In this document: positions 51,554 to 63,500 of the stretch, piece after piece
Layout of the letters: every line of letters begins with the position of its first letter
How positions within the stretch are numbered: position 1 is the first letter of the stretch
Origin: Pristiophorus japonicus
Lineage: Eukaryota
Assembly: GCF_044704955.1 (NCBI RefSeq)
Contig: NC_091996.1
Span: 96,534,001 to 96,598,000 of the forward strand
Direction: 5' to 3'
Length of the DNA stretch: 64,000 nucleotides
Notes under the pieces: model-generated
Told to the model about the DNA's origin: nothing
Seen by the model: only the letters and a program-made list of their open reading frames with translations
The model's database searches: none
Translations under genes and position numbers: made by a program

Positions 51554-54500
51554 GGGGGCGACTCTACTTGGGGGGGCGACTCTACTTGGGGGGGTCGACT
51601 CTACTTGGGGGGGCGACTCTACTTGGGGGGGCGACTCTACTTGGGGGGGCGACTCTACTTGGGGGGGCGACTCTACTTGGGGGGGCGACTCTACTTGGGG
51701 GGGCGACTCTACTTGGGGGGGCGACTCTACTTGGGGGGGCGACTCTACTTGGGGGGGCGACTCTACTTGGGGGGGCGACTCTACTTGGGGGGGCGACTCT
51801 ACTTGGGGGGGCGACTCTACTTGGGGGGGCGACTCTACTTGGGGGGGCGACTCTACTTGGGGGGGCGACTCTACTTGGGGGGGCGACTCTACTTGGGGGG
51901 GCGACTCTACTTGGGGGGGCGACTCTACTTGGGGGGGCGACTCTACTTGGGGGGGCGACTCTACTTGGGGGGGCGACTCTACTTGGGGGGGCGACTCTAC
52001 TTGGGGGGGCGACTCTACTTGGGGGGGCGACTCTACTTGGGGGGGCGACTCTACTTGGGGGGGCGACTCTACTTGGGGGGGCGACTCTACTTGGGGGGGC
52101 GACTCTACTTGGGGGGGCGACTCTACTTGGGGGGGCGACTCTACTTGGGGGGGCGACTCTACTTGGGGGGGCGACTCTACTTGGGGGGGCGACTCTACTT
52201 GGGGGGGCGACTCTACTTGGGGGGGCGACTCTACTTGGGGGGGCGACTCTACTTGGGGGGGCGACTCTACTTGGGGGGGCGACTCTACTTGGGGGGGCGA
52301 CTCTACTTGGGGGGGCGACTCTACTTGGGGGGGCGACTCTACTTGGGGGGGCGACTCTACTTGGGGGGGCGACTCTACTTGGGGGGGCGACTCTACTTGG
52401 GGGGGCGACTCTACTTGGGGGGGCGACTCTACTTGGGGGGGCGACTCTACTTGGGGGGGCGACTCTACTTGGGGGGCGACTCTACTTGGGGGGCGACTCT
52501 ACTTGGGGGGGCGACTCTACTTGGGGGGGCGACTCTATTTGGGGGGGCGACTCTATTTGGGGGGGCGACTCTATTTGGGGGGGGCGACTCTATTTGGGGG
52601 GGCGACTCTATTTGGGGGGGCGACTCTATTTGGGGGGGCGACTCTATTTGGGGGGGCGACTCTATTTGGGGGGGCGACTCTATTTGGGGGGGCGACTCTA
52701 TTTGGGGGGGCGACTCTATTTGGGGGGGCGACTCTATTTGGGGGGGCGACTCTATTTGGGGGGGCGACTCTATTTGGGGGGGCGACTCTATTTGGGGGGG
52801 CGACTCTATTTGGGGGGGCGACTCTATTTGGGGGGGCGACTCTATTTGGGGGGGCGACTCTATTTGGGGGGGCGACTCTATTTGGGGGGGCGACTCTATT
52901 TGGGGGGGCGACTCTATTTGGGGGGGCGACTCTATTTGGGGGGGCGACTCTATTTGGGGGGGCGACTCTATTTGGGGGGGCGACTCTATTTGGGGGGGCG
53001 ACTCTATTTGGGGGGGCGACTCTATTTGGGGGGGCGACTCTATTTGGGGGGGCGACTCTATTTGGGGGGGCGACTCTATTTGGGGGGGCGACTCTATTTG
53101 GGGGGGCGACTCTATTTGGGGCGACTCTATTTGGGGGGGCGACTCTATTTGGGGGGGCGACTCTATTTGGGGGGGCGACTCTATTTGGGGGGGCGACTCT
53201 ATTTGGGGGGGCGACTCTATTTGGGGGGGCGACTCTATTTGGGGGGGCGACTCTATTTGGGGGGGCGACTCTATTTGGGGGGGCGACTCTATTTGGGGGG
53301 GCGACTCTATTTGGGGGGGCGACTCTATTTGGGGGGGCGACTCTATTTGGGGGGGCGACTCTATTTGGGGGGGCGACTCTATTTGGGGGGGCGACTCTAT
53401 TTGGGGGGGCGACTCTATTTGGGGGGGCGACTCTATTTGGGGGGGCGACTCTATTTGGGGGGGCGACTCTATTTGGGGGGGCGACTCTATTTGGGGGGGC
53501 GACTCTATTTGGGGGGGCGACTCTATTTGGGGGGGCGACTCTATTTGGGGGGGCGACTCTATTTGGGGGGGCGACTCTATTTGGGGGGGCGACTCTATTT
53601 GGGGGGGGCGACTCTATTTGGGGGGGGTGACTCTATTTGGGGGGGGTGACTCTATTTTGGGGGGGTGACTCTATTTGGGGGGGTGACTCTATTTGGGGGG
53701 GTGACTCTTTTTGGGGGGGTGACTCTATGTGGGGGGGTGACTCTATGTGGGGGGTGACACTATGTGGGGGGGGTGATACTATGTGGGGGGGGGGGTGATA
53801 CTATGTGGGGGGTGACTCTATGTGGGGGGTGACTCTATGTGGAGGGGTGACTCTATGTGGGGGGGTGACTCTATGTGGGGGGGTGACTCTATGTGGGGGG
53901 TGACTCTATGTGGGGGGTGACTCTATGTGGGGGGTGACTCTATGTGGGGGGTGACTCTATGTGGGGGGGTGACTCTATGTGGGGGGGTGACTCTATGTGG
54001 GGGGGGTGACTCTATGTGGGGGGGGTGACACTATGTGGGGGGTGTGACACTATGTGGGGGGGTGACTCTATGTGGGGGGTTGAGACACTATGTGGGGGGG
54101 GGTGACTCTATGTGGGGGGGGGTGAGACACTATGTGGGGGGGTGACTCTATGTGGGGGTGAGACACTATTTGGGGGGGTGACTCTATGTGGGGGGGTGAC
54201 ACTATGTGGGGGTGAGACACTATGTGGGGGGGGTGACACTATGTGGGGGGGGTGACACTATGGGGGGGGTGACACTATGTGGGGGTGAAACACTATGTGG
54301 GGGGGGTGACTCTATGTGGGGGGGTGAGACACTATGTGGGGGGGTGACTCTATGTGGGGGGGGTGACACTATGGGGGGGGTGACACTATGTGGGGGTGAA
54401 ACACTATGTGGGGGGAGTGACTCTATGTGGAGGGGGGTGAGACACTATGGGGGGGGTGACACTATGTGGGGGGGTGACTCTATGTGGGGGGGGGGTGACA

Positions 54501-57450
54501 CTATGTGGGGGGGGTGACACTATGTGGGGGGGGGTGAGACACTATGGGGGGGGGTGACACTATGTGGGGGGGTGAGACACTATGTGGGGGGGGTGAGACA
54601 CTATGGGGGGGGGTGACACTATGTGGGGGGGGTGAGACACTATGTGGGGGTGAGACACTATGGGGGGGGGTGACACTATGTGGGGGGGGGTGAGACACTA
54701 TGTGGGGGTGAGACACTATGTGGGGGGTGTGACACTATGTGGGGGGGGTGAGACTCTATGTGGGGGTGAGACACTATGTGGGGGGTGACTCTATGTGGGG
54801 GGGGTGACACTATGGGGGGGGTGACACTATGTGGGGGGGGGTGAGACACTATGTGGGGGTGAGACACTATGTGGGGGGTGACTCTATGTGGGGGGGGTGA
54901 CACTATGGGGGGGGTGACACTATGTGGGGGGGGGGGTGAGACACTATGGGGGGGGGGTGACACTATGTGGGGGGGTGAGACACTATGTGGGGGGGGTGAG
55001 ACACTATGGGGGGGTGAGACACTATGGGGGGGGGTGACACTATGTGGGGGGGTGAGACACTATGTGGGGGTGAGACACTATGGGGGGGGTGACACTATGT
55101 GGGGGGGGTGAGACACTATGTGGGGGTGAGACACTATGTGGGGGGGTGACTCTATGTGGGGGGGTGACACTATGGGGGGGGGTGACACTATGTGGGGGGG
55201 TGAGACACTATGTGGTGGGGGGGTGACTCTATGTGGGGGTGAGACACTATGTGGGGGTGAGACACTATGGGGGGGGGTGACACTATGTGGGGGGGGGGGT
55301 GAGACACTATGTGGGGGTGAGACACTATGTGGGGGGGTGACTCTATGTGGGGGGGGTGACACTATGGGGGGGGGTGACACTATGGGGGGGGGGTGAGACA
55401 CTATGTGGGGGGGGTGAGACACTATGTGGGGGGGTGACACTATGTGGGGGGGGTGAGACACTATGTGGGGGTGAGACACTATGTGGGGGGGTGACACTAT
55501 GTGGGGGGGTGACTCTATGTGGGGGGGGTGACACTATGGGGGGGGTGACACTATGGGGGGTGAGACACTATGTGGGGGGGTGACACACTATGTGGGGGGG
55601 TGACTCTATGTGGGGGTGACTCTATGTGGGGGTGACTCTATGTGGGGGGGGGTGACTCTATGTGGGGGGGGGTGACTCTATGTGGGGGGGGTGACTCTAT
55701 GTGGGGGGGGGTGACTATGTGGGGGTGAGACACTATGTGGGGGGGGGTGACTCTATGTGGGGGGGTGACTCTATGTGGGGGGGGGTGACTCTATGTGGGG
55801 GGGGTGACTCTATGTGGGGGGGGTGACTCTATGTGGGGGGGGTGACTCTATGTGGGGGGGGTGACTCTATGTGGGGGGGGGGTGACTCTATGTGGGGGTG
55901 AGACACTATGTGGGGGGGGTGACACTATGTGGGGGGGGTGACACTATGTGGGGGTGAGACACTATGTGGGGGGGGTGACACTATGTGGGGGGGGGTGACA
56001 CTATGTGGGGGTGAGACTCTATGTGGGGGGGGTGACACTATGTGGGGGGGGGTGACACTAATGGGGGGTGAGACACTATGTGGGGGGGTGACTCTATGTG
56101 GGGGGGTGACACTATGTGGGGGGGTGACACTATGTGGGGGGGGTGACTCTATGTGGGGGGGTGACTCTATGTGGGGGGGGTGAGACACTATGTGGGGGGG
56201 TGACTCTATGTGGGGGGGTGACACTATGTGGGGGGGTGACACTATGTGGGGGGGTGACACTATGTGGGGGGGGTGACTCTATGTGGGGGGGGGTGAGACA
56301 CTATGTGGGGGGGTGACTCTATGTGGGGGGGGGTGACACTATGTGGGGGGGTGACTCTATGTGGGGGGGGTGACTCTATGTGGGGGGGGTGAGACACTAT
56401 GTGGGGGGGGTGACTCTATGTGGGGGGGTGACACTATGTGGGGGGGGTGACTCTATGTGGGGGGGGTGAGACACTATGTGGGGGGGTGACTCTATGTGGG
56501 GGGGTGACTCTATGTGGGGGGGTGACTCTATGTGGGGGGGGGTGACACTATGTGGGGGGGTGACTCTATGTGGGGGGGTGACTCTATGTGGGGGGGGGTG
56601 ACACTATGGGGAGGGTGACACTATGGGGAGGGTGACACTATGTGGGGGGGGGTGACTCTATGTGTGGGGGGTGACACTATGTGGGGGGGTGACTCTATGT
56701 GGGGGGGTGACTCTATGTGGGGGGGGGTGACACTATGTGGGGGGGTGACACTATGGGGAGGGTGACACTATGGGGAGGGTGACTCTATGTGTGGGGGGTG
56801 ACTCTATGTGGGGGGGGGTGACACTATGTGGGGGGGTGACTCTATGTGGGGGGGGGTGACACTATGGGGAGGGTGACACTATGGGGAGGGTGACACTATG
56901 TGGGGGGGGTGACTCTATGTGGGGGGGGGTGAGACACTATGTGGGGGGGTGACACTATGGGGAGGGTGACACTATGGGGAGGGTGACACTATGTGGGGGG
57001 GTGACTCTATGTGGGGGGGGGTGACACTATGGGGAGGGTGACACTATGTGGGGGGGGTGACTCTATGTGGGGGGGTGACACTATGGGGAGGGTGACACTA
57101 TGTGGGGGGGTGACTCTATGTGGGAGGGTGACACTATGTGGGGGGGTGACACTATGGGGAGGGTGACACTATGTGGGGGGGGTGACTCTATGTGGGGGGG
57201 TGACTCTATGTGGGAGGGTGACACTATGTGGGGGGGTGACTCTATGTGGGGGGGGGTGACACTATGTGGGGGGGTGACACTATGTGGGGGGGGGTGACAC
57301 TATGTGGGGGGGTGACTCTATGTGGGGGGGGGTGACACTATGTGGGGGGGTGACACTATGTGGGGGGGGGTGACACTATGTGGGGGGGTGACTCTATGTG
57401 GGGGGGTGAGACACTATGTGGGGGGGGTGACTCTATGTGGGGGGGGGGGG
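51554..57450. repeat. 18-20-bp G-rich minisatellite (GACTCTACTTGGGGGGGC and variants)
   Basis: 18-bp period giving 6-aa periodic ORFs; G5-G11 runs. Confidence 0.97.
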
Positions 57451-57455
57451 TTTAC

Positions 57456-57900
57456 CTGCCCGCGCCTCCTCTCTCTCTCTCTCTGTCTGTCTCTCTCTCC
57501 AGGCCCGCCGATCCCTCACACGCCGCCCTCCATTTTGCAGCGCCTGCCAGATCTCGTCTTCTCGCCTCGCCCGCTCCCGCGAGACCTTCCAGCGCTCACC
57601 CCTCCTGCAGCCAATCAGGCAGCGTCCTCTCAGAAATCTACCCAGCAACAGGCGACGTGACTCCGCTCAAAGCCTCTGCCCAGCCAATCAGCGAGTGGCG
57701 CAGCTCCGCCCAGCCAATCGGGGAGCGGCGTCTCTAATCGGCCCAGCAACAGGGAATGGAGGCTCAAATCTGCCCAGCAACAGGGAGTGCCAGCTCAAAT
57801 CTGCCCAGCAACAGGGAGTGCCAGCTCAAATCTGCCCAGCAACAGGGAGTGCCAGCTCAAATCTGCCCAGCAACAGGGAGTGGCAATGAAATACTAACCA
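57456..57900 (-). promoter_or_regulatory. Promoter and probable non-coding exon 1 of the SCHIP1-like gene
   Basis: Donor CAG|gtaaac at 57456, YY1-like CAAAATGG at 57530-57537, three CAGCCAATC boxes (about 57608, 57681, 57711), CpG-rich, and a 31-bp x5 repeat from 57741. Confidence 0.6.
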
Positions 57901-58057
57901 GCAACAAGTGTCATGTTGCCAACTCCGGCTTGACGCATTCCTGGAGATTTTATCTCACGACCCTCCTATCCCCCACCGCCCAACCTCCCAATTGGCCTTT
58001 CCCGCCACTTCCCCAATATTGTTATGTCGAATAAAGAAAAGGATTCAGGAAACTGAA

Positions 58058-61000
58058 TATCGATTGGTCAAATCAAATCGCACGGGGTAGCCTGGAGGAA
58101 GAATTCATAGAATGTATACGGGATTGTTTCTTAGAACAGTATGTTACAGAACCTACAAGTGAGCAAGCTATCTTAGATCTGGTCCTGTGTAATGAGACAG
58201 GGATAATAAACGATCTCCTAGTAAAAGATCCTCTCGGAATGAGTGATCGCAGTATGGTTGAATTTGTAATACAGATTGAGGGTGAGGAAGTTGTGTTACA
58301 AACGAGCGCACTATGCTTAAACAAAGGAGACTACAGTGGGATGAGGGCAGAGTTGGCTAAAGTAGACTGGAAACACAGACTAAACAGTGGCACAATTGAG
58401 GAACAGTGGAGGACTTTTAAGGAGCTCTTTCATAGTGCGCAACAAAAATATATTCCAGTGAAAAAGAAGGACGGCAAGAGAAGGGATAACCAGCCGTGGA
58501 TAACCAAGGAAATAAAGGAAAGTATCAAATCAAAGACCAATGCGTATAAGGTGGCCAAGGTTAGTGGGAAACTAGAGGATTGGGAAAATTTTAAGCAACA
58601 GCAAAGAATGACTAAAAAAGCAATAAAGAAAGGAAAGATAGATTACGAAGGTAAACTTGCGCAAAACATAAAAACAAATAGTAAAAGCTTTTACCGGTAT
58701 ATAAAACGGAAAAGAGTGACTAAAGTAAATGTTGGTCCCTTAGAAAATGAAAAGGGGGATTTAATAATGGGAAATGTGGAAATGGCTGAGACCTTAAACA
58801 ATTATTTTGCTTCCGTCTTCACAGTGGAAGACACAAAAACCATGCCAAAATTTGCAGGCCACAGGAATGTGGGAAGGGAGGACCTTGAGACAATCACTAT
58901 CACTAGGGGGGTAGTGCTGGACAGGCTAATGGGACTCAAGGTAGACAAGTCCCCTGGTCCTGATGAAATGCATCCCAGGGTATTAAAAGTGATGGCGGAA
59001 GTTATAGCAGATGCATTCGTTATAATCTACCAAAATTCTCTGGACTCTGGGGAGGTACCAGCGGATTGGAAAGCAGCTAATGTAACGCCTCTGTTTAAAA
59101 AAGGGGGCAGACAAAAGGCAGGTAACTATAGGCCAGTTAGTTTAACATCTGTAGTGGGGAAAATGCTTGAAGCTATCATTAAGGAAGAAATAGCGGGACA
59201 TCTAGATAGGAATAGTGCAATCAAGCAGACGCAACATGGATTCATGAAAGGGAAATCATGTTTAACTAACTTACTGGAATTCTTTGAGGATATAACGAGC
59301 ATGGTGGATAGAGGTGTACCGATGGATGTGGTGTATTTAGATTTCCAAAAGGCATTCGATAAGGTGCCACACAAAAGGTTACTGCAGAAGATACGCGGAG
59401 TCAGAGGAAATGTATTAGCATGGATAGAGAATTGGCTGGCTAACAGAAAGCAGAGAGTCGGGATAAATGGGTCCTTTTCGGGTTGGAAATCGGTGGTTAG
59501 TGGTGTGCCACAGGGATCAATGCTGGGACCACAACTGTTTACAATATACATAGATGACCTGGAAGAGGGGACAGAGTGTAGTGCAACAAAATTTGCAGAT
59601 GACACAAAGATTAGTGGGAAAGCGGGTTGTGTAGAGGACACAGAGAGGCTGCAAAGAGATTTGGATAGGTTAAGCGAATGGGCGAAGGTTTGGCAGATGG
59701 AATACAATGTCGGAAAGTGTGAGGTCATCCACCTTGGGAAAAAACCAGTAAAATGGAATATTATTTGAATGGGGAGAGTTTACAACATGCTGAGGTGCAG
59801 AGGGACCTGGGGGTCCTTGTGCATGAAACTCTTTTAGAGTTTATCTGTAAAACAAAACATTAAACCGTGCCACCCGCCTGGATGACACACCAGACATTTA
59901 CAAGGCCCTTTTTTTTTTTCCTTTTTTTGGTTTTCTTTTTGTGTTTTTCTTTTTTTTTGGGGCACTAAAATCACATTTTTTCCCCAGTGCCCCCTATAAA
60001 AGGGGAGGGGGACACTAAAAGCACCGGCAATTAAAACAAATTAAACTTTAAAACGTAAAATCAAATTAAAATTTGGTTGCCGGGCGTGATGATGCACTCC
60101 AGTCCCTCCGGTGCCCACCTCTCGCGGAAGGCCGCGAGCGTACCGGTGGACACCGCGTGCTCCATCTCCAAGGACACCCTGGACCGGATGTAAGAGCGGA
60201 AGAGAGGCAGGCAGTCTGGCTGAACGACCCCCTCGACCGCCCGCTGCCTGGACCGGCTGATGGCACCCTTGGCCGTGCCCAGGAGCAGTCCTACGAGGAG
60301 GCCTTCAGACCTACCCGCTCCCCTCCGCACAGGGTGCCCAAAGATCAGGAGAGTGGGACTGAAGTGCAGCCAGAATTTCAGGAGCAGCCCCTTCAAATAA
60401 TGGAACAGGGGCTGCAACCTCGTGCACTCAATAAAAACATGGAACACGGACTCCTCCAGACCGCAGAAATTGCAGGCGGCCTGGGAGTCCGTGAACCGGC
60501 TTAAAAATTTATTGCACGGCACTGCTCCGTGCACCACCCTCCAGGCCAAGTCCCCGATGAATAGTGGGAGGACTCCCGCATAGAGTGCCCTCCATCGGGG
60601 ACCCCCGCCTCCTCCGGACGGCAAGATGGTACGCCATGGCGTGTCCGGACGGCCGGCGAGGATGGCAAAGTTGAGAGTGTGCAGGAGCAGCCCGTACAGG
60701 AAACCCCTCCGCGCGGAACTGAAAGGCACGGAGGCGGCTCAAGTTGTGAGGCGCCGGCCCCCGAGGGAGGTTCCGGGATTTGGCGCCAATGAGGAATTCC
60801 GTCCGGACGGGGGTCAGTTCGGACGGGATCTCCCCACGTGCTTGAGCCTCCTCGATGCACCTAACGGAGTCAGGGCCCAGAGCTGTTTTTAGCGACTCGA
60901 TGGCATCGGCCGCGCGGCGGACGTTGGCTGAATTTAGGCGCCGCGCCAGCGTGCCTGGCGCCATCCAGCCCACTCCTCCGCCATCGAACAGGTCCCTGAC

Positions 61001-62639
61001 CCTGGTCACCTCACCAGCCACAGCCCTCTCTTCCGACCGCCACATAAAACCTCGGTCGTGGAGGTACGGATTCCCGAGCAGCGGCTCCTGCAGGACGGCC
61101 GCCACTCCAGCCGGCGGAGAGCTGCGCTTGGTGGAGACTTTGTTCCAGACCCTGATGAGGTCCCTGTAAAAGACAGGCAGCTCCCGGAGGGTGGTCCTGA
61201 CACCCCCCAAGTTCACAAACAGGAGCTGCGTGTCGTAGTTGAGGTCGCGCTGCTGGCGGAAGAAATACGTCGCCAGAGCGCACCACCTAGGAGGGGGCTC
61301 GACGTAAAGGTATCTCTGCAGGATCTGAAGACGGAAAGTCGCGAGCTGGGCGCTGACGCACACCAACGACTGACCGCCCTCCCCAAGCGGGAGCCTCAAG
61401 ACCGCGGCAGAGACCCATTGCTTCTTCTGTATCTTGGCGACAAACGCAGGGGGAGGGGTCAAAGTGACCAGCCGGTACCACAACATTGCGGCCACCAGCT
61501 GGTTTATGACTAGCGCTCGACCCCTGTAGGACAGCACTCGGAGCAGTCCTGTCCAGCGCCCTAGGCGAGCGGCGACCTTGGCCTCCAGCTCCTGCCAGTT
61601 CGCCGGCCAGGCTTCCTCGTCGGGGCTAAGGTAGACTCCCAGATAGAGGAGATGGGTCGTGCTCCAGGCAAAAGGCCTGAGCTCCTCCGGCAGGGAGTCC
61701 ACCCGCCACTGACCCACCAGGAGTCCGGAACATTTCTCCCAGTTGATTCTGGCGGAGGACGCGGCCGAGTAAATCTCTTGGCACTCACGCATCCTCCGCA
61801 GGTCAGCGGGATCCTCTACCGCGAGGAGCACGTCATCGGCGTAAGCCGAGAGGACGACCTCCACGCCCGGCCCTTGCAGAGCCAGTCCCGTCAACCTCGT
61901 CCGCAGGAGGCGCAGGAAAGGCTCCACGTCCTTGTGCATGAATCCCAAATAAAAAAAGTTTGCAGGTGCAGCAGGTAATCAGGAAGGCGAATGGAATGTT
62001 GGCCTTCATTGCGAGAGGGATGGAGTACAAAAGCAGGGAGGTCCTTCTGCAACTGTACAGGGTATTGGTGAGGCCGTACCTGGAGTACTGCGTGCAGTTT
62101 TGGTCACCTTACTTAAGGAAGGGTATACTAGCTTTGGAGGGGGTACAGAGAGGATTCACTAGGCTGATTCCGGAGATGAGGGGGTTACCTTATGATGATA
62201 GATTGAGTAGACCGGGTCTTTACTCCTTGGAGTTCAGAAGGATGAGGGGTGATCTTATAGAAACATTTAAAATCATGAAAGGGATAGACAAGATAGGGGC
62301 AGAGAGGTTGTTTCCATTGGTAGGGGAGACGAGAACCAGGGGGCACAGCCTCAAAATACAGAGGAACCAATTTAAAACCGAGTTGAGAAGGAATTTCTTC
62401 TCCCAGAGGGTTGTGAATCTGTGGAATTCTCTGCCCAAGGAAGCAGTTGAGGCTAGCTCATTGAATGTATTCAAGTCACAGATAGATAGATTTTTAAGCA
62501 ATAAGGGAATTAAGGGTTACGGGGAGCGGGCGGGTAAGTGGAGCTGAGTCCACGGCCAGATCAGCCATGATCTTATTAAATGGCGGAGCAGGCTCGAGGG
62601 GCTAGATGGCCTACTCTTGCTCCTAATTCTTATGTTCTT
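58058..62639 (+). mobile_element. CR1 LINE (different subfamily), 5'-truncated, interrupted by Tx1
   Basis: ORFs 58239-59768 and 61960-62547; TTCTTATG tail. Confidence 0.95.
59828..61927 (-). mobile_element. Tx1/L1-clade non-LTR retrotransposon, 5'-truncated, with 15-bp TSD
   Basis: SAYADD, YLGVYL and zinc knuckle CNFC-x7-H-x4-C. TSD GTCCTTGTGCATGAA at 59813-59827 and 61928-61942. Confidence 0.93.
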
Positions 62640-63179
62640 AAACTGAGGGAAAAAAAAGGCACCCAATATTTTTAATGTTCTGGCTTGGTCCTGGACAATC
62701 CTAGACACGTTAAATCTACCCTGCAACAAAAATAACTTGCACTTACAGAGCGACTGTAACGCAGGAAAACGTTGCAGGGCGCTTCACAGGAGCGTAATCA
62801 AACAAAATTTGCCAACCCAGCCACATAAGGAGAAATTAGGGCAGATGACCAAAAGCTTGGTCAAAGAGGTCGGTTTTAAGGAGCGTCTTAAAGCAGGAGA
62901 GGCGGAGAGGGAGTTCCAGAGCTTAGATCCTCAGAATTCTTTGTAAGTATTGAGGCTGTGGGCATGGAATAAAGTGCTAATGGTTTTCAAGAGGGAAACA
63001 TGTCTGTTTAAAAGCATTTAAAATTAATTGTGGAAAGTAAAATCAGTGTGAAAAAAGAGATAGGTGATTTAAAAAAAAATGCATTCTTTCTGACATATAT
63101 TGAGGCTGTGGGTGTGGAATAAAGTGCAAGTGGTTCTCAAGTTGCAAACATGTCTGTCCCACTGCTTGAGCAACCCACC

Positions 63180-63500
63180 TGGGCGCCATTGTGGCCGGGG
63201 CGCGTGCGCAGTGGGCCGGGCCCGGGCCGTGGTGGCCGGCGCGCGTGCGCAGTGGGGCCGGAGTGTCCTCGGCGCGTGCGCAGAGGGCCGGGCCCGGCCG
63301 CCGTTGCCCCGGGAGACGGCGGTTGGAGAGCCGGGGGGGCGGGCAGTTAGCGCACCGCGGGACAATTCAAAATACGTCAGAGAGCGGCGGGGTTGGGGCC
63401 CTGTTGCCATGGTGACCGAGCGGGTGGGCGACTGAAGGCGCAAGGCCCCAGAGCCAGGACCTGCCCTGCGGCCCGGGGCAACTGCTGCCCCTCAGAGGTG
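63180..63500 (+). promoter_or_regulatory. CpG-island promoter/first exon with three NRF1 motifs and RFX X-boxes
   Basis: GCGCGTGCGCA at 63200, 63241 and 63272; GTTGCCCCGGGAGAC at 63303; GTTGCCATGGTGAC at 63403; possible donor GAG|gtgtgg near 63497. Confidence 0.65.

Noticed and set aside
45962-53668. ORFs of 1100-2500 aa
   Set aside because: They are translations of stop-free minisatellites in several frames, and some cross an N gap.
51554-57450. Telomeric repeat
   Set aside because: No TTAGGG units are present.
59126-59728. Antisense ORFs over CR1 (also 7-411, 719-1147 and others)
   Set aside because: Shadow frames of LINE ORF2.
60509-61948. 479-aa ORF as an intact fusion protein
   Set aside because: Its start comes from the antisense CR1 TSD. 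The Tx1 is 5'-truncated and frameshifted near 60720.
62948-63160. Duplicated AATAAA-containing segment (about 150-bp period) as a terminator
   Set aside because: A diverged local duplication with no upstream plus-strand gene to terminate.
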